Source: Candidatus Latescibacterota bacterium
Lineage (GTDB): Bacteria; Latescibacterota; UBA2968; UBA8231
DNA: 64,000 nucleotides
NCBI GenBank assembly: GCA_965248265.1
Contig: CBDFJF010000001.1
Coordinates: forward strand, 2,560,001-2,624,000
Direction: 5' to 3'
Numbering within the stretch: the stretch's first letter is position 1; the number at the start of each line of letters is the position of its first letter. The notes under the pieces were generated by a model. The model saw nothing but the letters and a program-made list of their open reading frames with translations. It did not search any database and was not told the origin of the DNA. Shown here one piece after another: positions 24,433 to 33,869 of the stretch. The position numbers and the translations under genes were made by a program.

Positions 24433-24461
24433 AATATACCGGGACAGTACGCACTCGTCAA
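24433..24461 (-). promoter_or_regulatory. Sigma70-type promoter upstream of the small basic ORF
   Basis: TTGACG-17 nt-TATATT. Confidence 0.6.
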
Positions 24462-24480
24462 CAATGTTGCCTGCCCGGAC

Positions 24481-25407
24481 CTACACGAGCAACATGCGCA
24501 ACAGGGCCATACGGACGTAGAGGCCATTGTGTGCCTGACGGAAGTAGGCCGCACGGGGATCGGGGTCGACTTCCTCGGCAATGATCTCATCAACTCGCGG
24601 AAGGGGGTGCATGACGATGGCGGTTTCTCTCATACAGTCCAGGATGGCCTTGCTGATGATGTACTGGCCGCGCACCTGCTCATACTCTTGCAAGCGATCG
24701 CCGAATCGCTCGCGTTGTATCCGCGTCTGGTAAATGACATCCGCCTCGCGCGCGACCAGGGCGAGGTCTTCAACCTCTTCATGTTCCACACCCTGGCGAG
24801 TCAGGTACTCCTTTATGTCATCCCCCATTCTCACGGTTGGGGGCGATACGAAGAAAATCTTCGAATCTTCGAACTTCGATAGCAGATAGCACAACGAGCG
24901 TACCGTACGGCCATTGGCCAGATCGCCGACCATCGCCACCCGCACGCCATCCACCCTGCCCAACTCGCGCTGGATCGTGTACATGTCGAGCAACGCCTGC
25001 GTTGGATGCTGACCAACGCCGTCCCCGGCGTTGATGATGGGAACGGGGGACACGGACGCAGCAGTTTTGCTGGCCCCGCTTTCGAAGTGACGCAGCACGA
25101 TGATGTCAGCGTACCCAGCGACGATTCGAATGGTGTCTTCCAGAGTCTCGCCCTTGGCCGCTGACGAAAACTCCTGAGCGCTTTCCGTCGTTAGCACGTC
25201 TCCACCCAGGCGCTTCATCGCGGACTCGAAGGAGAGCCGTGTTCGCGTACTGGGTTCATAAAACAGGGTCGCCATCATCCGCCGGCTGAGGATGTTGGAC
25301 CCGTAGTGTTGGACTACATCCTCCATCTCTCTGGCTACACTGAAGATCTCAGCCATCAAATCTCGATCGAACTGTTGAGCTTCCACCACATGTTTGAGTG
25401 ATGCCAT
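24481..25407 (-). CDS. pyrB: Aspartate carbamoyltransferase catalytic subunit
   Basis: FYEPSTRTRLSFE, KGETLEDT, NAGDG..QHPTQALLD, HPLPRVDEI. Confidence 0.97.
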   Translation of the reverse strand: MASLKHVVEAQQFDRDLMAEIFSVAREMEDVVQHYGSNILSRRMMATLFYEPSTRTRLSFESAMKRLGGDVLTTESAQEFSSAAKGETLEDTIRIVAGYADIIVLRHFESGASKTAASVSPVPIINAGDGVGQHPTQALLDMYTIQRELGRVDGVRVAMVGDLANGRTVRSLCYLLSKFEDSKIFFVSPPTVRMGDDIKEYLTRQGVEHEEVEDLALVAREADVIYQTRIQRERFGDRLQEYEQVRGQYIISKAILDCMRETAIVMHPLPRVDEIIAEEVDPDPRAAYFRQAHNGLYVRMALLRMLLV

Positions 25408-25412
25408 GGATT

Positions 25413-25448
25413 GCTCCGATTAATCTCGCTCCGATTGACCTCGCTCCG
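25413..25448. repeat. Three imperfect 15-bp tandem repeats just upstream of pyrB
   Basis: gctccg at 25413, 25428 and 25443; minus strand reads CGGAGCGAGGTCAAT CGGAGCGAGATTAAT CGGAGC. Confidence 0.7.
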
Positions 25449-25747
25449 GAGACGGAATCCGTGTAGCCTCGAGGGGACGGCCTGTTTGTCTATCAAAACG
25501 ATAGAGCCTGCTGAGGCGCCAGGCAAGCAGATAGGGGCGATCAAGGGTCAATCCGGTCGCCGGGTTGCACAGGGCACCAATTGGCCCCTCAGGTGATATG
25601 ACTCACAGCGCCCGGAGGAAATCTTGCCATACTATAGGAACGGGCCTGTATGGTCCCAGCGTCCGTCCGTATATTGCGACCCTTGAGAATGGTCCTGGTA
25701 CGCGACGATCCTATACCCAGGGGACCGTCTTACAAGAGGATAATCCA

Positions 25748-28700
25748 ATGTTCATGGCACCCAAATTCCCAATCTCGCGGCTTTCTCTCACCCTGATGAC
25801 CGCGTCCCTTTTCCTGTGGGCAGACCAGGCTGATGGAGGCAGCAATCAGGGCTTCCGCCCGTCCATCGTGAGCCCGAAGAGGGTCAAGAATCCGCAGGTT
25901 GATGACCTCATTGTTATTGGCATAAAGGTGGAGGGCACCTCAGAGGTCCGGCAAACCCGCATTCGGGCAATCTTCGACCCAGCCTTCTTTGAGTTCGTCG
26001 CATTCGAGCCTGGAAATCACCCAGCCGACCAGGAAAATTTCGTCGCCTCCGGTTCGGTACTGGAGGAGGATGGTGTCCAAGTGGCATCCGGTGGTGGTAC
26101 CCTGTCCGGGGGGAATGCCGACACATCAGGTGGGGGCTTTCTGGGGAGAATGATCTTCCGGCTGATTCAGGAGATCGGCAACGAACCCAAAGCCATTTCC
26201 GTGATTTCAGTCCGGGTTGCCGTCTCGGAAGATGACGAAGACATCCGGCGCTTCGATCCGGGCAAGTTCGGCGTCGTGGCGCTCCTCGATTCCCCGAACA
26301 AGATCTTCGACGTGGATGTTGAAGTGACTGATCGGAGCGCTATCGTCACCTGGGGCACCCGCGACCAAGGTCTGGACGACATCGTCACCGTCGACCAGAT
26401 CACGCAGGACGGCACCGTGCTGGCTTCGCACGGCGACTTCGAGCCGCCGTTCCAGGACCGGGCCCCCGAGGCGCTGGCGGCATTGCGTACACTTGAGGCC
26501 GAGGGCATTGATATTCTGGTGGCCGATGAACTAACAGTGCGCGATGCCCTTGGCATTCCCCGGCCGACCCCGTTTGGCGATCCGTTCCCGGAGTTTTCGA
26601 CCCTGCTGGAGCAAGCTAAAATCATCGTCAAGCAGTTCCGTGCGCGTCAGCATGTCGTTCCGATCACCGGTCTGGAAGCGGACAGCTTTTACAAAGCGAC
26701 GATCTCGTCCACGGGACTCAGCGGCCGCGCCAGCCCGCAGGAGATGGTCCGCTTTCGCACTCGGCGAGGGGCCGATCTGCGCAAACTGGCTGCCCACGGG
26801 CTCGACATCCAACGAGGACGCAAGTTCCTCACCGTCAAGTTTTTTACCAACCGCCTGGTTAAGACGGACTACACGATCTCCGCCGTTGGCGGGGGCGTCG
26901 TGGAGACGGGGGAAGTCAACCCGGACGGAGCCGATGAGACAACGTTCACCATCGACGCCCTGGATCCGGGAACCGACTACGTCATCGACATCGTCGCCGA
27001 ATTGTCGGGCGAGATCCCCGCAGCGCTGCCAACCGCAGATGCCGTCCTTTCGCTCAGCAAGCAGATCAAAACGCGTCTGGCACGAAAGGCGTTGAACATC
27101 GCCGGTATCCCTTTCAAGGTGGTGAGCCCTGAGAGCGCCGTCATCAAGTTCAAGACCCCGCTTCCAGTGGCGCCCATCGTGTTCTACGGACTCGTCCCCA
27201 CGGAGGAGTTGTTGGCAGCGAAGGTAACCCAGGACAGCGAGGTAGAAGATGACTCCCGCTTCTCCTGGACAACGGACGGGGTCACGGGTACCCGCCATGA
27301 GATCAACTTGACAGCACTCGACCCAGAGACGCTATACCGCTACAAGATCGAGTTCGAACTGGAGGATGACGAGGGGATTCGCAGCTTCTCCACCGACTCC
27401 AACGGCAACGATCAATGGAGCCGGGACCTGCAGTTCACGACACCCAGCGCGGATGATCTGTTCGCGCCCGAACTCGTGGAGGGACCGCGCGTGTTCGCCA
27501 ATGACGTCGTCGCCGTGATTCAGTTTGGCAATGACGTGCCGACGCTGGCATCGGCCTTCGTCGGCACCGCGTCGACGTTCAACACCCCGGATGAATTCGA
27601 GTTCTCGGATGGGTTGTTCAATCACAGACACAGTATCGTACTTTCTGGTCTGGAAGGAGGTATCGAGTATCAATTTCGCGTCGAATACACTGGAGCCAAT
27701 GGCGTCTCTGGCACGTTCACTGGCTCGGGCGATGTCGTAGGCAAGGCCACGTCAGCTCTGCAGCCACCCGGAGGCGGTGGCAGTTTCACGACGACGAACA
27801 TTCCCGATACTCAGTTCCCGGTGATTCTGAGCGGTCCGACGGTGTCGTCGAAGACACACGATACGGCGATCGTCGAGTGGACGACGGACGAGCCTGCCGA
27901 CAGCGACATCGAGTTTGGCACGCAGAGCCTGGATGAGCAGGAGACCTCCGGTACCAGCGAGACGAGTCACAAGATCACCCTGTCGGGGCTGACATCGGGG
28001 ACCACCTACCAATACATCGTGGCCTCCACGGACGCATCCGGCAACGGCGCCACGCAGTCGGCGCAGGCGGTATTCACGACCGACCCGGAAATCGACCTGA
28101 TTGCACCCGGCATCGTCGGCACCCCGTCGATTTCCTACAAGAACGACAATTCAGCCACAGTTCAATGGACGACGGACGAGGAGACCACCGGCGAGGTCAC
28201 ATTTGGCACGGATACGCAGCTGGGATTCATTCGCACGCTGCCGGAAACGGAAACCGATCACGGCATCACGCTGACCAATCTGGAAGCTTCGACTACCTAC
28301 TTCTACCAGGTCAGCTCGACTGATTTGAGCAACAATGGACCTACGGAATCGACTCTGCTGAGTTTCAGCACCGATGCAGCGCCTGACCTCACGTCACCGT
28401 CGATCTCCAACATTCAGGTGGAAGAGGACGAGACTTCTGCCATCCTGACCTGGGAAACGAATGAGCTCGCCGACAGCTTCGTCGACTTCGGGACCATTTC
28501 GGGGTTGCTGACCTCCACGGTCGGTGACGTCACGGATGTGACCGAGCACGAAATCACGTTGACCAACCTGGTCGCTGCGACTACCTATTACTACACCGTC
28601 GGCTCCATCGACCGCGCCAACAACTCACCGACAGAATCGTCTCAATCCAGCTTCACAACACTGGCAACCGCCGACGTCACTCCACCGGCGGTACCGGCCA

Positions 28701-30241
28701 GCCTGGCTGGCATTGCGGGCTCCGAACAGGCCGTAATCAGCTGGGACAGCAATGACGAGCTGGATCTTGCTGGCTATCGCCTGGAGCGCCGCGTGGCTGG
28801 CACAGGCTCCTTCGTCGCCATCGCCTCCGGTCTCGAGGACCCCTCCTACACCGATTTGGGGCTGACCAACCTGACAACCTACGAGTATCGTGTTGTAGCC
28901 GTAGACCGCTCCGACAACGACTCGGATGCATCCACGACGATCACGGTGACCCCGGCTTCGACCGCGGCCCCGTCGACACCGGCTGACCTGTCTCAGGCTG
29001 GTGCTCTGCGGCCTACGTTCCGCTTCGCCAATGCCGAGCCCTTTGTGGCCGACGCCTCGCTGACCTACACCGTGCAGGTGTCGACGGAGGCGGACTTCTC
29101 GAACGTGTCCGACTCGGAATCCGGCATAGCCGAGGACAGCGACGGCATTACCACCTGGACCATCACCCGCGACCTGGTGGAAGGCTCCACCTACTATTGG
29201 CGCGTACGGGCACTCGAGGGCGCCCTGATTGGCCCCTGGACGGACCCGCAGGAGTTCGCGGCGGTTGCAGTTGCTCAGGTCGCCGATTTCAACGGTGATC
29301 TCAAGGTCACCCTCGACGATTTCTTCGATTTCATTGACGTCTTCGGTGACGAGGTCTCCGGTGACGATATTGTCTTCGATCTGGACAACGACGGGACCGT
29401 TGACTTCGACGACTTCTTCATCTTCGTCGACAACTTCGGCGCCGACGCTACATCGGGTAAGATCTGGGCCCACGCACAGGTGGCCGACGAGGAGGCACAA
29501 CTGTGGCTGGAAGCGCGCAGCAGCGCTCCCGTGAGTCAGGGTGGTATATCGTCGAGAACCGGTGCCGAGACCGAGCGCATCACCGTTCGCGTGTGGGCGG
29601 ATCACGTGCGGGATCTGGAGGCCTACGGTCTGGTCGTCGGTTATGACCCACGCCTCGTGCGATTCACCAAAGCACAACCCGGGGCTGGCCCGCTGCTGGA
29701 GTCACAAGGCGGCAGTGCACCGCTGTTCGGCATCCTGCAACAACGCAAGGGCGAGCTGCTCGTTGGCAACGGCCTCGTCGACGGTGAGCCAGTGTCCGGC
29801 CACGGCCTGTTGGCGGAGCTTTCCTTCGAAACGTTGGGAACGGGGGGAGCGGCGACAGCTGACCAGGCGTACTTCGAGCTGCGTCAGGCCTTTGTTAAGG
29901 GCGGTCAGGACGAGACGGTACGCAGGGTGCGTCAAGTCCGTTCTATCCAGCTGCTCCCGGAGCAGTTTTTTCTCGGGACCAACTACCCCAATCCCTTCAA
30001 TCCGTCAACGCATATCAATTATTCACTGCCGATTCCGGCCGCCGTCAAGTTGAAGGTTTACGACGTGCTCGGTCAGCATGTGCGCACCCTGGTGTCCGAC
30101 CAGCAGCACCCAGCCGGTTTCTACAGCGCTGTTTGGGACGGACGGGATCAGCACAATCACCGCGTCGGCAGCGGTATCTACTTCTATCGCCTGAGCACTC
30201 CCGCGTTCCAGCAGACGGGGAGAATGACGCTGCTGAAATAG
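25748..30241 (+). CDS. Large secreted modular protein: cohesin-like, multiple FN3-like, paired EF-hand/dockerin-like, cohesin-like and FlgD/T9SS-type CTD
   Basis: SD AGAGGA before ATG 25748; repeats W.TDE.....V.FG...H.I.LT.L...TTY.Y.V.S.D...N; DFNGDLKVTLDDFF..DLDNDGTVDFDDFF; NYPNPFNPST..VYDVLGQ.VRTLV..WDG..GSGIYFYRL..MTLLK. Confidence 0.88.
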   Translation: MFMAPKFPISRLSLTLMTASLFLWADQADGGSNQGFRPSIVSPKRVKNPQVDDLIVIGIKVEGTSEVRQTRIRAIFDPAFFEFVAFEPGNHPADQENFVASGSVLEEDGVQVASGGGTLSGGNADTSGGGFLGRMIFRLIQEIGNEPKAISVISVRVAVSEDDEDIRRFDPGKFGVVALLDSPNKIFDVDVEVTDRSAIVTWGTRDQGLDDIVTVDQITQDGTVLASHGDFEPPFQDRAPEALAALRTLEAEGIDILVADELTVRDALGIPRPTPFGDPFPEFSTLLEQAKIIVKQFRARQHVVPITGLEADSFYKATISSTGLSGRASPQEMVRFRTRRGADLRKLAAHGLDIQRGRKFLTVKFFTNRLVKTDYTISAVGGGVVETGEVNPDGADETTFTIDALDPGTDYVIDIVAELSGEIPAALPTADAVLSLSKQIKTRLARKALNIAGIPFKVVSPESAVIKFKTPLPVAPIVFYGLVPTEELLAAKVTQDSEVEDDSRFSWTTDGVTGTRHEINLTALDPETLYRYKIEFELEDDEGIRSFSTDSNGNDQWSRDLQFTTPSADDLFAPELVEGPRVFANDVVAVIQFGNDVPTLASAFVGTASTFNTPDEFEFSDGLFNHRHSIVLSGLEGGIEYQFRVEYTGANGVSGTFTGSGDVVGKATSALQPPGGGGSFTTTNIPDTQFPVILSGPTVSSKTHDTAIVEWTTDEPADSDIEFGTQSLDEQETSGTSETSHKITLSGLTSGTTYQYIVASTDASGNGATQSAQAVFTTDPEIDLIAPGIVGTPSISYKNDNSATVQWTTDEETTGEVTFGTDTQLGFIRTLPETETDHGITLTNLEASTTYFYQVSSTDLSNNGPTESTLLSFSTDAAPDLTSPSISNIQVEEDETSAILTWETNELADSFVDFGTISGLLTSTVGDVTDVTEHEITLTNLVAATTYYYTVGSIDRANNSPTESSQSSFTTLATADVTPPAVPASLAGIAGSEQAVISWDSNDELDLAGYRLERRVAGTGSFVAIASGLEDPSYTDLGLTNLTTYEYRVVAVDRSDNDSDASTTITVTPASTAAPSTPADLSQAGALRPTFRFANAEPFVADASLTYTVQVSTEADFSNVSDSESGIAEDSDGITTWTITRDLVEGSTYYWRVRALEGALIGPWTDPQEFAAVAVAQVADFNGDLKVTLDDFFDFIDVFGDEVSGDDIVFDLDNDGTVDFDDFFIFVDNFGADATSGKIWAHAQVADEEAQLWLEARSSAPVSQGGISSRTGAETERITVRVWADHVRDLEAYGLVVGYDPRLVRFTKAQPGAGPLLESQGGSAPLFGILQQRKGELLVGNGLVDGEPVSGHGLLAELSFETLGTGGAATADQAYFELRQAFVKGGQDETVRRVRQVRSIQLLPEQFFLGTNYPNPFNPSTHINYSLPIPAAVKLKVYDVLGQHVRTLVSDQQHPAGFYSAVWDGRDQHNHRVGSGIYFYRLSTPAFQQTGRMTLLK

Positions 30242-30259
30242 AGCCTCATCAGGCGCAAG

Positions 30260-30297
30260 AAAAAACCGAGTCCGGCTTGAGCATGCCGGACTCGGTT
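30260..30297 (-). terminator. Intrinsic terminator between convergent genes
   Basis: Stem aaccgagtccggc/gccggactcggtt with a U-tract on the minus strand after fabZ. Confidence 0.8.
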
Positions 30298-30343
30298 GAT
30301 AGATCCACAGCGACGTGTGAACACAGGCCCTCACGCCCCGCGC

Positions 30344-30814
30344 TCAATCCTCCCCTACCGCTCTGATTACCGCAAGAATCTCGGCTTCAGCGGCCAGCTC
30401 ACCGTCAACGAACGCCTTCCCCTGCAGACGGCAGGTTCCTGAGCGCTGCTTGAGGACGGTCAATTCCAGACGCAGTTGGTCTCCGGGTACGACCTGGCGG
30501 CGAAACTTGACCTTGTCCACGCCGGCGAAGAACGGAATCTTGTCTCCATTATCGTCATCGTCGTCGACCGACAACATCATCAGGGCTCCGGTCTGAGCCA
30601 GCGCCTCCAGAATGATCACGCCAGGCATGACGGGATACTGGGGAAAGTGGCCCTCAAAAAACGGCTCACCGGCGCTCACGTTCTTGATGCCGACAATCCG
30701 TTCGCCGGCCACGAGTTCCACGATACGGTCGACGAAGAGGAAGGGGTAACGGTGAGGGATCAGCCGCTTTATTCCCTCAATGTCGATGGCTACCTGGTCG
30801 GAGTCTTCGCTCAC
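30344..30814 (-). CDS. fabZ: 3-hydroxyacyl-ACP dehydratase
   Basis: [44 protein letters not shown]. Confidence 0.96.
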   Translation of the reverse strand: MSEDSDQVAIDIEGIKRLIPHRYPFLFVDRIVELVAGERIVGIKNVSAGEPFFEGHFPQYPVMPGVIILEALAQTGALMMLSVDDDDDNGDKIPFFAGVDKVKFRRQVVPGDQLRLELTVLKQRSGTCRLQGKAFVDGELAAEAEILAVIRAVGED

Positions 30815-31371
30815 TGCTTCGCCTTCTCCTGCTCTTTCTTCAGTTCCTCCAGCTTCTCTATCAGCTTGTCCGTCAGGTTGAATTTCTCTGGATCGGCATA
30901 CACGATCGCCCCTCCAGCCGCCACATCGAAGATGAAGTCATAGTATTCCTCTTTGGCCAGGACTTCGAGCGCACTGTTGATCTTGTCGAAGATCGGTGAC
31001 GACAGCTCCATGTTCTTGCGGAAGAGCTCTCCGTTGGGACCCAGTTTCTGCTGAGTGAACTCTTGTAACTGGCGCACGCTGTCGTCGAATTGCTCCTGCA
31101 TTTCAGCCTTGCGTGCTTCGCTCATCAGCAACTCCTGTTTGCGAAAATCTTCCTGCATTCTCAAGAGCTTGCTCTGCCTGTCCGTCGCCTCCTGGGTGTA
31201 CTGCTGTTCGAGACGTTCGAGTTTGCGCTGAACGTCCTTGAACTCGGGCAGCTTCTCGCGCAACACCTGAGAATCGATGTACCCCAGTTTCTGCTCTGCG
31301 CTAACGGTGGAGGAAACAGCACAGAGCATCAACCCGGTCATGGCCACAGTGACGGTGGTCCTTCTCATCAT
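30811..31371 (-). CDS. skp: OmpH/Skp periplasmic chaperone
   Basis: Signal peptide, KLGYIDSQ, coiled-coil core, YDFIFD..NLTD; follows bamA. Confidence 0.9.
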   Translation of the reverse strand: MMRRTTVTVAMTGLMLCAVSSTVSAEQKLGYIDSQVLREKLPEFKDVQRKLERLEQQYTQEATDRQSKLLRMQEDFRKQELLMSEARKAEMQEQFDDSVRQLQEFTQQKLGPNGELFRKNMELSSPIFDKINSALEVLAKEEYYDFIFDVAAGGAIVYADPEKFNLTDKLIEKLEELKKEQEKAKQ

Positions 31372-31525
31372 CAGTTGGTCTCCTCGGTCGGAGTGTACCG
31401 GCGAAGCGGGCAGACCAGTGAGGCACGGGCCGTCCTCCTCGCGACAATCATAGAGGGGGTGGAGGGATGTGGTGGACGAAATTAAGGGTGCGCCGGCTGA
31501 GTGTCGAGACGGGCGGTCGCGAGAA

Positions 31526-33835
31526 TCAGAAGAATCTTGGACCGAACTGGAAGTGTGTGATCATGCCGGGCCGCTGTCCGTCTACTTCTTCACGGTCGAA
31601 GCCGTACGCGAAGTCGAAGCCGATCATGCCCAGCATCGGGGTGATCACCCTGAACCCAACACCGATCGAGCGACGCAGCTCAAACGGGTTGGTGTCGGGA
31701 ATGGTTGCCCAGGCATTGCCGGCATCGGCGAAAGCCAAGCCTACGACCTGACGCTCCGTGATCGGAAAGCGGTATTCAATGTTGAACGTCATCATAGAGC
31801 GCCCGCCGATCAGTTCGTTGCGGTCACCGCGCGGCCCCAGGGAAGCGTCACGGTAGCCGCGGACCTGACCATCCCACCAATCGACACCACCTGGAGTGAA
31901 ACGATCCCAGAACGAAAGGTGGTCATCGTCCCAATCGGAAAACCCGTCTATGAGTGCGTACTTCGACTCGAATGCGAAGACGAACTTCCACATACTCGGA
32001 CGGTAGTAGTTGAAATTCAGCTCGTGCCTGTGGAAGTCGACATCGCCACCGACAAAGGACGAGGCCACCTCCGGAGAGTAGGAGATTACCGTGCCTTTGG
32101 TCGGGAACTGTGGAAAGTCTCGGGTGTCGCGGCGGAAAGTCAGCTCCAGACTACTCGTAGTACGGGACGAAAAACGGGGATCGTCTTGCTGATCGATGTA
32201 GCTGGGCGAGAAATCGCTGTAGCGCTCATCCCGCAGCTGATACGCTAGCGACACGGACGAGTACGCAGGTTTCTTGAGGCGGCGCCCGAGCCGAACGCTG
32301 ACCGAGTTCCTGTGAAAGTCGAAGCTGTCGAAATACTGCTGGTTCAGGGTAAACACCCGGAATGAGAAGCTCGTGGGGGTATCGAGGAGCCATGGTTCGG
32401 TGAAGCCTATCAGGAACTGGGTCCTGCGGCTGCCGAATTCCCAGCTGAAATCAAGATTTTGCCCCTTGCCACGGAAATTCGGGATCTGTAATCCCATCGT
32501 TCCCACCAGGCGGTCTCGATCGCTGTACCCGGCTCCGGCGGAAACCGACCCGGTCCGCTGCTCCTCGACCTGGAAGATCAGATCCACGGAGCGGTCACCG
32601 ACGAGTTGACTGTACTCGTCGCGAACCTGGACGTCCTTGAAAAACCCGAGCATGTAGAGACGGCGCTGGCTCTCCTGCAACTCGCTCTGCTGGTAGATCG
32701 CCCCGGGGCGCAGCTCGATTTCGCGGCGCAGTACCTTCTCCCGTGTGCGCACATTTCCCTGAATCTCTATGCGCCGTATTCGGAAGGGGTCCCCCTCGAA
32801 GATCTGAAACTCGACATCGATGCTGTCCCCGTGGACCAGCTCCCGGGGAATCACCTGGGTATCGAGATACCCCTTTTCCCGGTAGGCGTTCGACACCAAG
32901 TAGGCCAGCTCAGGTGATGACATGCCGAACACGTCGCCTTTGTCGATGGTCACGTGTTTGTCGAGTTCTCGATTCTCAAAGAGTGTGTTTCCCTGCCACA
33001 CTACATCCCCCAACCTGTACTGCTGACCCTCCTCAACCTCGATGTCGATGAAAAGATTTTTCCGACTCTCGTCGTAGTAGACACTGTCTCGGGTGATAGC
33101 GGCTTGCTGGTACCCCTTGCTGCGGTAGAAGGCAACGATCTTCTGTTTATCCAGATCGTAGGCGTCGCGATCGAACTCACCCTTGCGCCACCAGCGCTTT
33201 TCCTTCGTCTCCATGTGCTTGGTGATCTGGCCATCATCGAATGCCTGATTGTTGGCAATCTGGATGCTCTGGATCTTGACCTTCTCGCCTTCCTTGATGT
33301 CATACTGAAGGAACATCATCCCCTCGTCTTCGGCCTCGAACAACTGGCCGACCACCTCAGCCCGTAAATACCCCTTGTCTTTGTAGAGGTCCTGGATCTT
33401 CTGCCGACCGCGGGCGATGTCTCTGGGTGCTATCAGCTGGCCTGGTTCGAGATTCAGGGCCTCCTTCATCTCTTTTTCTTTCATCTTCTTGTGGCCCTTG
33501 AAGCGCAGACCCTCCATGGCCGGATACTCCTCCACGACCACGATCAGCCGGACGTCCCCCGTGCTCTCGTCCTCTTCGGCGTACAGCTGGATATCCTCGA
33601 ACACATTGAGATTGACCAGGGCGCGCACAGCTTCCTGTACATTCTCCTGTGATAGTTCGACCCCGGGGTTCAATCCCATCGTCGTTAGAATGAGCGACTT
33701 GGCCACCTTGCGGAGCTCGCCCTCGATTTCGATCGAGGATACCTTGGGCTGCGCCTCCACGGGGCGGGCGTACAGACCCATCCCCATAACTGCGGCGACT
33801 GCAAGCAGCGCCAGAGTCCGAAGAACCTGTCTCAT
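31526..33835 (-). CDS. bamA: Outer membrane protein assembly factor BamA
   Basis: POTRA repeats (Y..KGY, IEIQGN.RT...LRRE), NFRGKGQ, FTEPWL, VRGY loop-6 motif, C-terminal Phe. Confidence 0.95.
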   Translation of the reverse strand: MRQVLRTLALLAVAAVMGMGLYARPVEAQPKVSSIEIEGELRKVAKSLILTTMGLNPGVELSQENVQEAVRALVNLNVFEDIQLYAEEDESTGDVRLIVVVEEYPAMEGLRFKGHKKMKEKEMKEALNLEPGQLIAPRDIARGRQKIQDLYKDKGYLRAEVVGQLFEAEDEGMMFLQYDIKEGEKVKIQSIQIANNQAFDDGQITKHMETKEKRWWRKGEFDRDAYDLDKQKIVAFYRSKGYQQAAITRDSVYYDESRKNLFIDIEVEEGQQYRLGDVVWQGNTLFENRELDKHVTIDKGDVFGMSSPELAYLVSNAYREKGYLDTQVIPRELVHGDSIDVEFQIFEGDPFRIRRIEIQGNVRTREKVLRREIELRPGAIYQQSELQESQRRLYMLGFFKDVQVRDEYSQLVGDRSVDLIFQVEEQRTGSVSAGAGYSDRDRLVGTMGLQIPNFRGKGQNLDFSWEFGSRRTQFLIGFTEPWLLDTPTSFSFRVFTLNQQYFDSFDFHRNSVSVRLGRRLKKPAYSSVSLAYQLRDERYSDFSPSYIDQQDDPRFSSRTTSSLELTFRRDTRDFPQFPTKGTVISYSPEVASSFVGGDVDFHRHELNFNYYRPSMWKFVFAFESKYALIDGFSDWDDDHLSFWDRFTPGGVDWWDGQVRGYRDASLGPRGDRNELIGGRSMMTFNIEYRFPITERQVVGLAFADAGNAWATIPDTNPFELRRSIGVGFRVITPMLGMIGFDFAYGFDREEVDGQRPGMITHFQFGPRFF

Positions 33836-33869
33836 CAATACCTTTTGTCTGTTGATGGAGCTGAGTCGC

